Source: Desulfosalsimonas sp. (GTDB taxonomy: Bacteria; Desulfobacterota; Desulfobacteria; Desulfobacterales; Desulfosalsimonadaceae). Taken from it: a stretch of DNA of 51,234 bases. A model generated the notes under the pieces. The model had not been told where the DNA came from. It saw nothing but the letters and a program-made list of their open reading frames with translations, and did not search any database. Within the stretch, counting starts at the first letter, position 1. Each line of letters begins with the position of its first letter. The stretch spans positions 1 through 51,234 of the forward strand of contig JAWLEU010000001.1 in assembly GCA_041685965.1 (NCBI GenBank), given 5' to 3'. Shown piece by piece: positions 35,400 through 44,637 of this stretch. The position numbers and the translations under genes were made by a program.

Positions 35400-35432
35400 A
35401 ACCCCGCAGGCCGTGCCTTTGCGGGGTTTTAT
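35400..35432. terminator. Intrinsic terminator between convergent genes
   Basis: aaccccgca...tgcggggtt stem followed by TTATTT on the plus strand. Confidence 0.75.
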
Positions 35433-35858
35433 TTATTCTGAGTCCCTGTTTTTTCTGATCGCGGAGGTGGCAAGCAAGTCCGCCTGCTCGTTGTCTGCAA
35501 CCCCGTTGTGCCCGCGTACCTTGATTATCCTTATGTCTTTGAACCGATTTACAAGCTGCCGGATTTCCTCGACCAGTTCCTGATTCTTTTTTGCCTTCCA
35601 GCCCAGCACGAGCAGTCCGTGTACGTAGCTGCTGTCCGTGTAAAGCCTGACCGGCAGCTCCGTGTTTTTAAGTGCCTTGAGTGCCGCGCGGACTGCCTTT
35701 AATTCCGCTATGTTGTTGGTGGAGTCTCCTATGAACTCGGATATCTCCTTTTTTCTGTCCCCGTAGCGCAGCACCGCACCTATGCCCGAAGGCCCCGGGT
35801 TGCCTGAGGATGCGCCGTCCGTGTAAATTATCACGGCATTTTTTTCTTTATCAGACAT
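35433..35858 (-). CDS. rnhA: Ribonuclease HI
   Basis: IYTDGASSGNPGP, TNNIAEL, YTDSSY, KVRGH, NEQADLLA. Confidence 0.95.
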   Translation of the reverse strand: MSDKEKNAVIIYTDGASSGNPGPSGIGAVLRYGDRKKEISEFIGDSTNNIAELKAVRAALKALKNTELPVRLYTDSSYVHGLLVLGWKAKKNQELVEEIRQLVNRFKDIRIIKVRGHNGVADNEQADLLATSAIRKNRDSE

Positions 35859-35940
35859 TAAGCTTTTCCGTCCGTTTTTTTACTGATTTCAGTCAACACT
35901 TGATAGTTTCGGCAAAAAGATTTTTTTATATCCCGGGCGG

Positions 35941-37116
35941 TTATTCGTACAAATAAAACCGCCGCGTACGGCCCAGATATTGTTCTACCTGCGGACGCCA
36001 TTGTTTTTCAAGTTCCAGGGGATCGCCCCCTGCTTCAATGTGCCTGCGTATGCCGGGGTCTCCGGTGATTAAGTCAAAGGGAAGTTTTTCATATTCGTAT
36101 TCGTACGGGGGCTGCTTCCAGGCGAAATCATCTTTGAAAAGCTGCATTATCACGGACAGAAGCTTAAGCGAGGTGCGATAGGGCCTAAACCCGTGCCTGT
36201 CGGTTACATGGATCTGAAAGCCGCTGCACGGTGTTTGAGCCCATTTCCCTGAGGTGGGTTCAAACACCGCCGGCCGAAGAACCGCTCCTTCCGGAAAAGA
36301 TTTTCCGAGTTTTTCTGTAACTGCCTCTGTCATTATAAAAGGAGCCCCGAAGATTTCAAAGGGAAGGGTGGTGCCCCGGCCCTCAGATATATTGGTGCCT
36401 TCCCATATCACCTGCCCGGGATATACCACTGTGGATGATACTGCCGGCAGGTTGGGCGAGGGTGCAACCCAGGAAAGTCCTGTTTCGTCAAAATACATGC
36501 TGCGCTTCCACCCGGACATGGGCACTATCTCTAGATTGCAGCCGATGCCGAACGAGTGGTTTATATATCCGGCAAATTCCGCGATGGTCAGGCCGTGACG
36601 CATTGGAACAGGGTAGCGGCCCACGAAAGATGCGTATTCCGGGTCAAGGCAGTTTCCCTCCACCTGCAGCCCTCCTGCCGGATTGGGCCGGTCCAGGATG
36701 AGAACTTTCGTGCCCGTTTCAGCCGCTTTTTCCATGCAGCAGGAAAGTGTTGTGAAAAATGTATAAACCCTGGTTCCTGCGTCCTGCAGGTCCACAAGGA
36801 GCACATCTATTGCTTCCATCATTGACCGGTCGGGGATTCTTGTTTTCCCGTACAGGCTGAATACCGGTATGGAAAGCCGGCTGTCTGTAAAATCTCCGGA
36901 TTCGACCATGTTGTCCTGTTTTTCCGCAAAAAATCCGTGCTGCGGGGAGAAAATGGCTTTTAATGCGCCCGGGAACAATTTTTCAATAATGTCTCTTGCA
37001 TGGTTAAAGCTGCTGTCCACAGAGGCCTGGTTGCAAAGCAGTCCCAGCCGCTTTCTGCCCAGGCCTGCAGGCGGGTGCCTGACAAGGTTTTCCAGGCCGG
37101 TTGCAATTTTTGTCAT
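35941..37116 (-). CDS. namZ: Exo-beta-N-acetylmuramidase NamZ family (DUF1343)
   Basis: LGLLCNQAS, FSPQHG, SLYG, DLQDAGTRVYTF, LDRPNP, RHGLTIAE, WVAPSPNLP, NISEGRGTTLPFE. Confidence 0.88.
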   Translation of the reverse strand: MTKIATGLENLVRHPPAGLGRKRLGLLCNQASVDSSFNHARDIIEKLFPGALKAIFSPQHGFFAEKQDNMVESGDFTDSRLSIPVFSLYGKTRIPDRSMMEAIDVLLVDLQDAGTRVYTFFTTLSCCMEKAAETGTKVLILDRPNPAGGLQVEGNCLDPEYASFVGRYPVPMRHGLTIAEFAGYINHSFGIGCNLEIVPMSGWKRSMYFDETGLSWVAPSPNLPAVSSTVVYPGQVIWEGTNISEGRGTTLPFEIFGAPFIMTEAVTEKLGKSFPEGAVLRPAVFEPTSGKWAQTPCSGFQIHVTDRHGFRPYRTSLKLLSVIMQLFKDDFAWKQPPYEYEYEKLPFDLITGDPGIRRHIEAGGDPLELEKQWRPQVEQYLGRTRRFYLYE

Positions 37117-37477
37117 CCGATTTGTCCTTTTCTTGCCTCCAAAACAGGAATATTCCTTTGTTTGTGGTTATAACAAATTGATATTGCAGTCAAATTTTTT
37201 AAGTTCCGGGACTGCATAGAAATACTGTTTGCCCACGAAAAAAAACAAAATTTAAAGAAAATGAAAGCTTGATAAAAACCGTTACCAGTGCCGGTTTATG
37301 CCGGAAACTCAAAAGGTCCCTATCAATGTTGCAAATCTGTGACGGAAAAATTTCTCCGGTGTTTCTGGCAGTTGCATTTATACAGATTGATTGCGTTAGG
37401 ATTTAGGGAGATATAAACTTGTTCATAACGCATTGCCCCGGTGATTTAAAAACGCCAAAACCGTTTCTCATCGTACT

Positions 37478-37506
37478 TGATTCAAGAGCCTCGCTGTATT
37501 ATACAG
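37478..37506 (+). promoter_or_regulatory. Possible sigma70 promoter of the dnaA-like gene
   Basis: TTGATT-17 nt-TATACA; the -10 overlaps the palindrome ctgtat-t-atacag. Confidence 0.35.
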
Positions 37507-37708
37507 GCATTCAGGCTGAAGGGGCCGGCCCCTCATTCCAATTTTCCCGACGAAAATTTGTTTATTGTTCACCTGCCGTAATTTGTTGTCGTATGACACG
37601 GTTTCGACGATTTAAACTATTATGCAAAATCATATGCATTTCCATTGTTTACGGTGCTTGTTTTTTATTGTTGTTCATCCTGTTATTTGAGAATGGAGAC
37701 TGCCCCAT

Positions 37709-39073
37709 ATGGAAACCGTTTGGAAAAACGCCAAGACCGCTATCAGGGACCAGATTTCGCCTAGCGTCTACAGGCTCTGGATAGAGCCGATCCGTTATGT
37801 AAAAGCCACTGATGACGACACCCTGGTGCTGGGCTGCCCGAATTTTTTTATCAAGAAAAGAATTATGGCAAATTATCTCGGGCTTATCAACAGCGAACTG
37901 ACCCGGCAGGCGGGAAGGGAAATGGCTTTTACAATCCATGTACAGGGCAATCCCGAATCCAGGGACTCCGGTTCCCCCAAACCCCGCAAAAAGGAACCTG
38001 CGGGCTGCCAGCTCCCTCTGCCCGGGCTATCCGCCCGGCCGGTAAACGGAAGGGTTCTGAGGCGGGACTACACCTTTGATAGTTTCGTGGTCGGAGACAA
38101 CAGCAACCTGGCCTACCAGGCAGCCTTCACGCTTGCATCAGACAGTAAATCGGATTTCAACTCCGTGTTTCTGCTTTCAGGCACGGGCATGGGCAAAAGC
38201 CATCTCTCCCAGGCCGTGGGCCACAGGATCCTTTCCGCATGTCCTCAGGAGCGGGTGTTTTACATAAGCGCTGAGGACTTTACAAACGAGCTGGTGCATT
38301 CCATAAAAAGCAACAGCCTGGACACCTTCAAGAAGCGCTACAGGGAAAACTGCGACGTGCTTTTGCTCGAAGAAGTCCACGTGCTGTCCGGGCGCAGCCG
38401 CACACAGACCGAATTGGCCATGATGCTTGATCATCTTTACGAATCAGGCAAAAAACTCATATTTTCAAGCTGCGCATCCCCCAACGAGATACCGAAAATG
38501 AGCGATCACCTGGCCTCGCGGCTTGGACAGAGCATGATGACATTAATCGAGCCCCCGGATTTTAAGACAAGGGTCCGCATACTAAGGCGCAAGGCACAGT
38601 CAAGGGGCGTGGAACTGCCCGGAGAGGTGGCGGAATACATGGCAGGCGAGCTGGTTGACAATGTCCGGCAGCTGGAAAACGGTCTGATCGGTGTTGCTTC
38701 GCGATCCTGCCTGATGGGAGAGCCCGTTGATCTGAACCTGGCCGGGCAGGTGGTAAAAAACATCGTTTCCAGGAAAAAAACCATCACGGTTGACTCCATC
38801 ACCAGGCTGGTGGGCCGGGAGTTCGGCGTGCCTGTAAAGGACATGGTTTCCAAGTCCAGGAAAAAATCAGTCGTGCGTCCGCGTCAGGTGGCGATTTTTC
38901 TGGCTCGCAGGCATACGGGCGAACCGCTTCAGGCAATAGGAAGGAAATTCAACCGGATGCATGCCACAGTGATTCATTCAATAAATTCCGTGGAAAAGGA
39001 GCTGAAGTTAAAAGGCGAGCTCCACAAGCAGGTGGAAATTATAGAGAAAAAACTGGAGCAGGGCTCTGATTAA
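37709..39073 (+). CDS. dnaA: DnaA-family protein with all four domains but divergent motifs; probable paralogue
   Basis: Domain I WIEPI...PNFF; YTFDSFVVG; Walker A GTGMGKSH; NVRQLE; domain IV PRQVAIFLAR...IGRKF.R.H.TVIH. No adjacent dnaN. Confidence 0.85.
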   Translation: METVWKNAKTAIRDQISPSVYRLWIEPIRYVKATDDDTLVLGCPNFFIKKRIMANYLGLINSELTRQAGREMAFTIHVQGNPESRDSGSPKPRKKEPAGCQLPLPGLSARPVNGRVLRRDYTFDSFVVGDNSNLAYQAAFTLASDSKSDFNSVFLLSGTGMGKSHLSQAVGHRILSACPQERVFYISAEDFTNELVHSIKSNSLDTFKKRYRENCDVLLLEEVHVLSGRSRTQTELAMMLDHLYESGKKLIFSSCASPNEIPKMSDHLASRLGQSMMTLIEPPDFKTRVRILRRKAQSRGVELPGEVAEYMAGELVDNVRQLENGLIGVASRSCLMGEPVDLNLAGQVVKNIVSRKKTITVDSITRLVGREFGVPVKDMVSKSRKKSVVRPRQVAIFLARRHTGEPLQAIGRKFNRMHATVIHSINSVEKELKLKGELHKQVEIIEKKLEQGSD

Positions 39074-40451
39074 AAAGATTTCTTCGGATACAGAAAAACA
39101 GCTCATAGGGATAGTCGGCAAGCAGAATTATTCCAGCCGGAAAGAAGAGCGGGTCTGCTACGCCTATGATTCCACCCGCAGGTTTTGCCTGCCCGAGGCT
39201 GTGGTTTTTCCGGAAAATGCGGACCAGGTGGCCCGTATCCTGGAACTGGCAACACGGTACGGCTTCGGCGTCACTCCGAGAGGCGCAGGATCCGGCATGA
39301 GCGGAGGGTCGATTGCAGTGCAGGGCGGCCTGGTAATGGCCATGAACCGTTTTAACCGCATCCTGTCGATCGATACTGACAACTTCGTTGCAATCGCAGA
39401 GCCCGGAGTGGTTACAGGTACGCTTCAGAGGGCCGTTGCGGAGCGCGGCCTTTTTTATCCCCCTGATCCGTCAAGTGCTGATTTTTCAACCCTCGGGGGA
39501 AATCTTGCTGAATGCGCGGGCGGTGCAAAGGCGGTGAAGTACGGCGTGACACGCGATTACGTGCTGGGTCTGGAAGTTGTGCTGCCAACCGGGGAAATCG
39601 TGCGCACAGGGGTAAAGACTGCAAAGGGGGTTGTGGGCTACGATCTCACCCGTCTCATAGTGGGCTCCGAGGGCACCCTGGGAGTGATAACCGAAATGGC
39701 CCTTCGTCTTCTGCCGCTTCCCGGGACCGTCAGGACCCTGTCTGCAGTGTTTACCGACATGCGGCAGGCTGCAGGGTGTGTGGTGGAAATAATGCGAAGC
39801 GGAATCGTGCCCAGGGCGGTTGAATACATGGACAGAAACGCCATTTCCTGCGTAAAGGACCATCTTGATGCACAAATTTCCCCGGATGCCGGCGCCATGC
39901 TCCTTATCGAAACAGACGGCGCAGCGCATGAGGCTGAAACAGCTGCACAAAAAATCGAAGAAATCCTGATGCAGCAGGGAGCGGCCCACGTGGAGACCGC
40001 AAAAAGCCCCGAGGCGGCGGCACGGCTGTGGAAGGCGCGAAAGGCCATTTCCCCGGCTCTTTATACCTATGGGCCGGACAAGATAAATGAGGACATAGTG
40101 GTTCCCCGCAGCAGGCTTCCTGAAATGGTGGAACGTATAAGGGCTCTAGGGGAAAAAAGCGGTCTGACAATGGTCAGTTTCGGGCATGCCGGAGACGGCA
40201 ACATCCATTTCAATATCATGTATGACAAAAGCATGCCGGAACAGTCGGTTGCAGCAGGCCAGGCAGTGGATGAGATCTTTGACTATACGCTTGAACTCGG
40301 AGGCACGATTTCAGGTGAACACGGGGTGGGTATTGCAAAGGCGCCCTACATGGACAAGGAAATCGGGCCGGGCGCACTTGCCCTGATGAAAAGGATTAAA
40401 GCCGCGTTTGATCCCGCCGGGATTTTAAATCCCGGCAAGATGCATATGTAG
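39066..40451 (+). CDS. FAD-linked oxidase, GlcD/D-2-hydroxyacid dehydrogenase family; N-terminus extends upstream of GTG 39201
   Basis: PRGAGSGMSGG, YPPDPSS, AVKYGVTRDYV, GYDLT...GSEGTLG, HAGDGNIH, GTISGEHGVG, DPAGILNPGK. The upstream frame encodes IVGKQNY...CYAYDST....PEAVVFP. Confidence 0.9.
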   Translation: MIKKISSDTEKQLIGIVGKQNYSSRKEERVCYAYDSTRRFCLPEAVVFPENADQVARILELATRYGFGVTPRGAGSGMSGGSIAVQGGLVMAMNRFNRILSIDTDNFVAIAEPGVVTGTLQRAVAERGLFYPPDPSSADFSTLGGNLAECAGGAKAVKYGVTRDYVLGLEVVLPTGEIVRTGVKTAKGVVGYDLTRLIVGSEGTLGVITEMALRLLPLPGTVRTLSAVFTDMRQAAGCVVEIMRSGIVPRAVEYMDRNAISCVKDHLDAQISPDAGAMLLIETDGAAHEAETAAQKIEEILMQQGAAHVETAKSPEAAARLWKARKAISPALYTYGPDKINEDIVVPRSRLPEMVERIRALGEKSGLTMVSFGHAGDGNIHFNIMYDKSMPEQSVAAGQAVDEIFDYTLELGGTISGEHGVGIAKAPYMDKEIGPGALALMKRIKAAFDPAGILNPGKMHM

Positions 40452-40460
40452 CGCAAAATG

Positions 40461-40655
40461 TTATTGTATGTTGGTTGTTACCTCATAGGAGCTCATAAGG
40501 TCTTCGAGCTGCTCTATTCGCATCTGCTCTGACTGTTCAATGGCGCACCTGAGCCTCAATGCGCAGTACTTCCGGCAAATCCGGGATCTTATATCAAATC
40601 TTGCGAAACATTCCACAACGTCTTCGTTTTGGTTGTCCAGATAGATTTCGTTCAT
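40461..40655 (-). CDS. Small hypothetical protein with four Cys (C-x10-C-x3-C-x5-C)
   Basis: 64-aa ORF 12 nt downstream of suhB with GAGG RBS; last gene of the minus-strand run. Confidence 0.7.
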   Translation of the reverse strand: MNEIYLDNQNEDVVECFARFDIRSRICRKYCALRLRCAIEQSEQMRIEQLEDLMSSYEVTTNIQ

Positions 40656-40667
40656 TTTGCCTCTTTT

Positions 40668-41447
40668 CTATAATTTCAGGATTGAATTGAGCTCTTGATG
40701 GATATGGCCGTTTGTGACCAGGATTTCCTTTTTGTACGGGTCGTAGGGATCGCCTGAAAAATCCGTAACCGTGCCGCCGGCTTCCCTGGCGATAAGGGTT
40801 CCTGCGGCTGTGTCCCACGGCTTGAGGTTCTGCTCCCAGAACCCTTCAAACCTTCCGCAGGCAACAAAGCACAGGTCAAGCGCGGCGGATCCCAGCCGCC
40901 GTATTCCGATTGCCGCCTTCAGGCAGTTTTCAAAACGCTTCATGTAAGGGCCTGTCTCTTCTTTTACATCATAGGGGAAACCCGTTACCAGAAGACTTTC
41001 AGACACCTGTGCGCAGTCTGAAACCGAAATGGCCCTGCCGTTTAAAGCCGCTCCCCGGCCGGCCGTGGCAGTGAAAAGCTCGCCGGTGAGAGGATTTAAA
41101 ACCACTCCCACGCGCAGTTCACCGTCTTTTGCAAATGCTATTGAAACAGAGAAAATCGGCAGCTGGTGGGCGAAATTCGTGGTTCCGTCCAGGGGGTCTA
41201 TGATCCACAGGCATCCTGTGCTGCCTGCTGCGCTGTTGCCGCTTTCCTCTGCAAGAACCTCGTGATCGGGGAATTTTTCGTGCAGGGTTCCAAGAATATG
41301 GGCTTCTGATGCTGTGTCCGCGGACGTGACAAGGTCTTCCGGACCCTTCTTTTCAATTTTCTCAAGATTGCCAAGATGGCTGAGAAGGATTTTTCCGGCA
41401 CCGTAAGCAGCGCCCGTGGCCGCATTTTTAATATAATTGTAATCCAT
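40668..41447 (-). CDS. suhB: Inositol monophosphatase family protein
   Basis: DLVT.AD, LAEE, WIIDPLDGTTNFAH, RRLGSAALDLC.VACGRFEGFWE..LKPWDTAAG. Confidence 0.93.
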   Translation of the reverse strand: MDYNYIKNAATGAAYGAGKILLSHLGNLEKIEKKGPEDLVTSADTASEAHILGTLHEKFPDHEVLAEESGNSAAGSTGCLWIIDPLDGTTNFAHQLPIFSVSIAFAKDGELRVGVVLNPLTGELFTATAGRGAALNGRAISVSDCAQVSESLLVTGFPYDVKEETGPYMKRFENCLKAAIGIRRLGSAALDLCFVACGRFEGFWEQNLKPWDTAAGTLIAREAGGTVTDFSGDPYDPYKKEILVTNGHIHQELNSILKL

Positions 41448-41459
41448 AGAGATATTTAT

Positions 41460-43169
41460 TTATATCAGGTCTGACGAATCCGTCAACAAGTGATTTGCAT
41501 CATTGTGAAAATCTTTGCATTCCTGCTCACGATCCACCAGGACTCCGCTGCCTGAAACCGCCTGCTCCATTTTTTCAATAAGAGGATGCAGGGTTTCGGA
41601 GTCCTTTGCACAAACCGGGATTCCCCCGGTTTCGCATACAAGCTGTTCAAGTGTCTGGCTGTCTATGAGGTCGCTCTTGTTGATCACGTTTATCACCGGG
41701 ATGTGGCTCAGGTTGAGCTCGTCTATGATACCTTTCACTGACGTGATCTGTTCGTCACAGGCATCGTTTGAACCATCAATTACATGCAGCAGCATGTCTG
41801 CGCCTTCGAGTTCCTCCAGGGTTGCCCTGAAGGCCACGCGCAGTTCATTGGGCAGATCCCTTATAAAACCCACCGTGTCTGTTATGATCACGTCCGTATC
41901 CCTGGGAAACTTAAGCCTTCTGCTCGAAGGATCAAGGGTTGCAAACAGTCTGCTTTCAGCAAGTACTGAACTGTTGGTAAGCGTGTTTAAAAGCGTTGAT
42001 TTGCCGGCATTCGTATATCCTATAATCGATATCACAGGCAGGTCTTTTTTCCGGCGCCTGGCTTTCTGCTGGCTGCGCTGTTTTCTTACCTTTTTAAGCG
42101 ATTTTTCAAGCCTTGTGATCCTGTCGCGGACCCGCCGCCGGTTTATCTCCAGCTTGGTCTCGCCCGGGCCTCTACCGCCTATGCCTCCTGTAAGTCTTGA
42201 CATTGCGGTGTTTTTGGTTGCAAGCCTGGGCAGCATGTATTTGAGCTGGGCGAGTTCCACCTGTATCTTTCCCTCCCTGGACTGTGCCCGCTGGGCAAAT
42301 ATGTCCAGGATAAGCTGGGTGCGGTCCAGTACACGGAACTCCACCTGGTCTGTTATGGACTGCATCTGGGAGGGGTTTAACTCCTGGTCGAAAATCACCA
42401 GGGTGGCGCCGATCTGCATTGCTTGTATGGTGAGTTCCTCGAGCTTTCCTGTACCGATTAGAAACCTGGGGTTGATTTTTTTTCTTTGCTGCACGATTGT
42501 GTCGAGCACTTCAATTCCGCTGGAACGGGCCAGCTCAGCCAGCTCTTCAAGAGATGCCATTGCCTTTTTTTTCGGGGCTGCTGTTACGCTGACAAGCACT
42601 GCGCTTTCCCTGCCGCTTTGCACCTCGCGAAGGGCCTGATAATCAGACAGCTCGTCTTCAATCGCCCTTATCAGCTCGATGCAGTTGATCTGAGGATCCC
42701 CTGGATCGGCTGCGGGCATGAACTGGTGCTGGCCTTTTTCAGAAGGCGAGGGCATTATATGTGCAACATGCATCTTTTCCGCACCGCCGTCGCCGCCAGC
42801 TGTTATGGCTGCCATGAGATCCAGGCGCAAAAGGGAAAGGTCGGTTAAATCATCGCGGGTCAGGGTCTCGTCGTTTAAGTGGGTGTGGATGCAGCGCAGT
42901 CCCTTCAGCCTGCCCGGAGGAGTTTTGTAATCGCTGGTATCAGGCAGCATGATTTTCTGGTTATCACCTACTATCACGCTGACGATCCTGCCGGAGCGAT
43001 CAACCAGCAGACCTATCTGTCTTTTGATCCAGACGCTTAAAGTGCATATTTCATCAGCTAAACCGGGGGTGATGATGGATTCCGGAGGTATGCGGTGATG
43101 GTGGAGATTTTCAATCCGCCGGACCTGTGTGGCCTTGAGTCCGGAGATGTTTCCTGAAATTCTTTTCAT
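41460..43169 (-). CDS. hflX: Ribosome-splitting GTPase HflX, long form with N-terminal extension
   Basis: DRTQLILDIFAQRA, GPGETKLE, GYTNAGKST, LFATLD, DTVGFI, NKSD; extension contains RCIHTH...DDLTDL. Confidence 0.96.
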   Translation of the reverse strand: MKRISGNISGLKATQVRRIENLHHHRIPPESIITPGLADEICTLSVWIKRQIGLLVDRSGRIVSVIVGDNQKIMLPDTSDYKTPPGRLKGLRCIHTHLNDETLTRDDLTDLSLLRLDLMAAITAGGDGGAEKMHVAHIMPSPSEKGQHQFMPAADPGDPQINCIELIRAIEDELSDYQALREVQSGRESAVLVSVTAAPKKKAMASLEELAELARSSGIEVLDTIVQQRKKINPRFLIGTGKLEELTIQAMQIGATLVIFDQELNPSQMQSITDQVEFRVLDRTQLILDIFAQRAQSREGKIQVELAQLKYMLPRLATKNTAMSRLTGGIGGRGPGETKLEINRRRVRDRITRLEKSLKKVRKQRSQQKARRRKKDLPVISIIGYTNAGKSTLLNTLTNSSVLAESRLFATLDPSSRRLKFPRDTDVIITDTVGFIRDLPNELRVAFRATLEELEGADMLLHVIDGSNDACDEQITSVKGIIDELNLSHIPVINVINKSDLIDSQTLEQLVCETGGIPVCAKDSETLHPLIEKMEQAVSGSGVLVDREQECKDFHNDANHLLTDSSDLI

Positions 43170-43220
43170 TCGGGTATTAAGGAATTCTCCTTGAACCTTT
43201 TAAATTTTTGCCTACATCTT

Positions 43221-44588
43221 TTACGCCCCTTCCAGCTCCGGGGTGTATTCGCCGTATGCAAGGTTTTCAAACCTGGTGTATTCGCCCTTGAATACCAGCG
43301 AACATGTTCCGGTGGGGCCGTTTCTCTGTTTTGCCAGATGAATTTCCGCAATGTTTTTGTTGGGATTGTTTTCATCCTCATTGTAGACTTCATCTCTGTA
43401 TATAAATATAACCAGATCTGCGTCCTGTTCAAGGGCCCCTGATTCTCTTAAGTCTGATAATTGCGGGCGCTTGTCGCTTCTGTCCTCAAGCCTGCGGTTT
43501 AACTGGGAAAGTGCAATAACCGGGATGTCAAGCTCCTTGGCAAGGCCTTTCATCGTCCTTGACATGTCTGATATTTCAAGTTCGCGGCGTTCGTATGTCT
43601 TGCGGGGGCGAACGAGCTGCAGATAGTCCACTATTATCATGCCCACGCCCTTTTCTCGCTTAAGGCGCCTGGTCTTGGTCTTGATGTCAAGGGATGTAAG
43701 TTCAGGAGAGTCGTCTATGTATATGGGTGCAGACGAAAGCACCCCTGCTGCATTGGTAAGGCTGTACCAGTCGTCTTCGTTGAAAAAGCCGTCGCGCACC
43801 CTGGCGGAGTCTATTCTGGCCTCGGAGCACAGCAGACGCAGGGAAAGCTGTTCTTTTGACATTTCCAGAGAAAACAGCGCAACCGGAGTGTCTGACTCCA
43901 CCGCAGCATTGCGGGCAATATTTAAGGCAAGTGCTGTTTTTCCCATTCCCGGCCTGGCTGCCATTATTATCAGGTCAGAGGACTGGAAGCCTGAGGTAAG
44001 CTGGTCAAGCTTTTTAAATCCGGAGGGAACGCCGCTTATAAGAGACTTGTTTCCCTGCCTTGCCTCCAGTGCGTCAATGTTTGATTCAATTATTCTGCTG
44101 ATGGGATAGAAGTTTTGTTTCTGCTTCTGATCCGCAATATCAAACAGGGCGCCCTCTGCAAAATCCACCATATCGTCTGTGCTGCCTGACTCGTCATAGC
44201 ATTTCTGCACAATATCGTTTGCAGTTGAGATCAGGCGTCTTAGCACCGCCTTGTCGCGTATGATCCTGGCATAATGAGCCGCGTTTGCCGGCACCGGAGC
44301 AGTGTCCACGATTTTTGCCAGGTAGACCGCCCCGCCTGCAGACTCGAGCTGGTTTTTGCTTTTTAGCCTCTCTGTAAGGGTTACCAGGTCCACCGGCTCA
44401 TCATTTGCAAACAGCTCTGTTATTGAGGCGAATATTTTCTGGTGCGCGGACTTGTAGAAGGCCTCGGGCGTGAGGATATCGAGTATATCCAAAAGGACGT
44501 TATTGTCCAGAAGGGCTGCGCTGATAATGGACTCCTCTGCTTCGAGGCTCTGCGGAGGTAGTTTTTGAAGAGAAGGGTCATTGCTCAT
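43221..44588 (-). CDS. dnaB: Replicative DNA helicase
   Basis: PPQSLEAE, AARPGMGKT, FSLEMS, IVDYLQL, ALSQLNR, DLRESGALEQDAD, KQRNGPTG. Confidence 0.99.
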   Translation of the reverse strand: MSNDPSLQKLPPQSLEAEESIISAALLDNNVLLDILDILTPEAFYKSAHQKIFASITELFANDEPVDLVTLTERLKSKNQLESAGGAVYLAKIVDTAPVPANAAHYARIIRDKAVLRRLISTANDIVQKCYDESGSTDDMVDFAEGALFDIADQKQKQNFYPISRIIESNIDALEARQGNKSLISGVPSGFKKLDQLTSGFQSSDLIIMAARPGMGKTALALNIARNAAVESDTPVALFSLEMSKEQLSLRLLCSEARIDSARVRDGFFNEDDWYSLTNAAGVLSSAPIYIDDSPELTSLDIKTKTRRLKREKGVGMIIVDYLQLVRPRKTYERRELEISDMSRTMKGLAKELDIPVIALSQLNRRLEDRSDKRPQLSDLRESGALEQDADLVIFIYRDEVYNEDENNPNKNIAEIHLAKQRNGPTGTCSLVFKGEYTRFENLAYGEYTPELEGA

Positions 44589-44637
44589 GGCTGCAGCTGT
44601 TTCCTCGTCAATTGTTTATGTAGAAAATGTATCAGGC

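Noticed and set aside
37117-37708. Canonical oriC next to the dnaA-like gene
   Set aside because: No perfect TTWTNCACA box cluster was found and there is no dnaN or rpmH context; kept only as an unexplained intergenic region.
41515-42639. 374-aa plus-strand ORF
   Set aside because: Entirely antisense to hflX, Ser-rich and without motifs; a codon-mirror shadow ORF.
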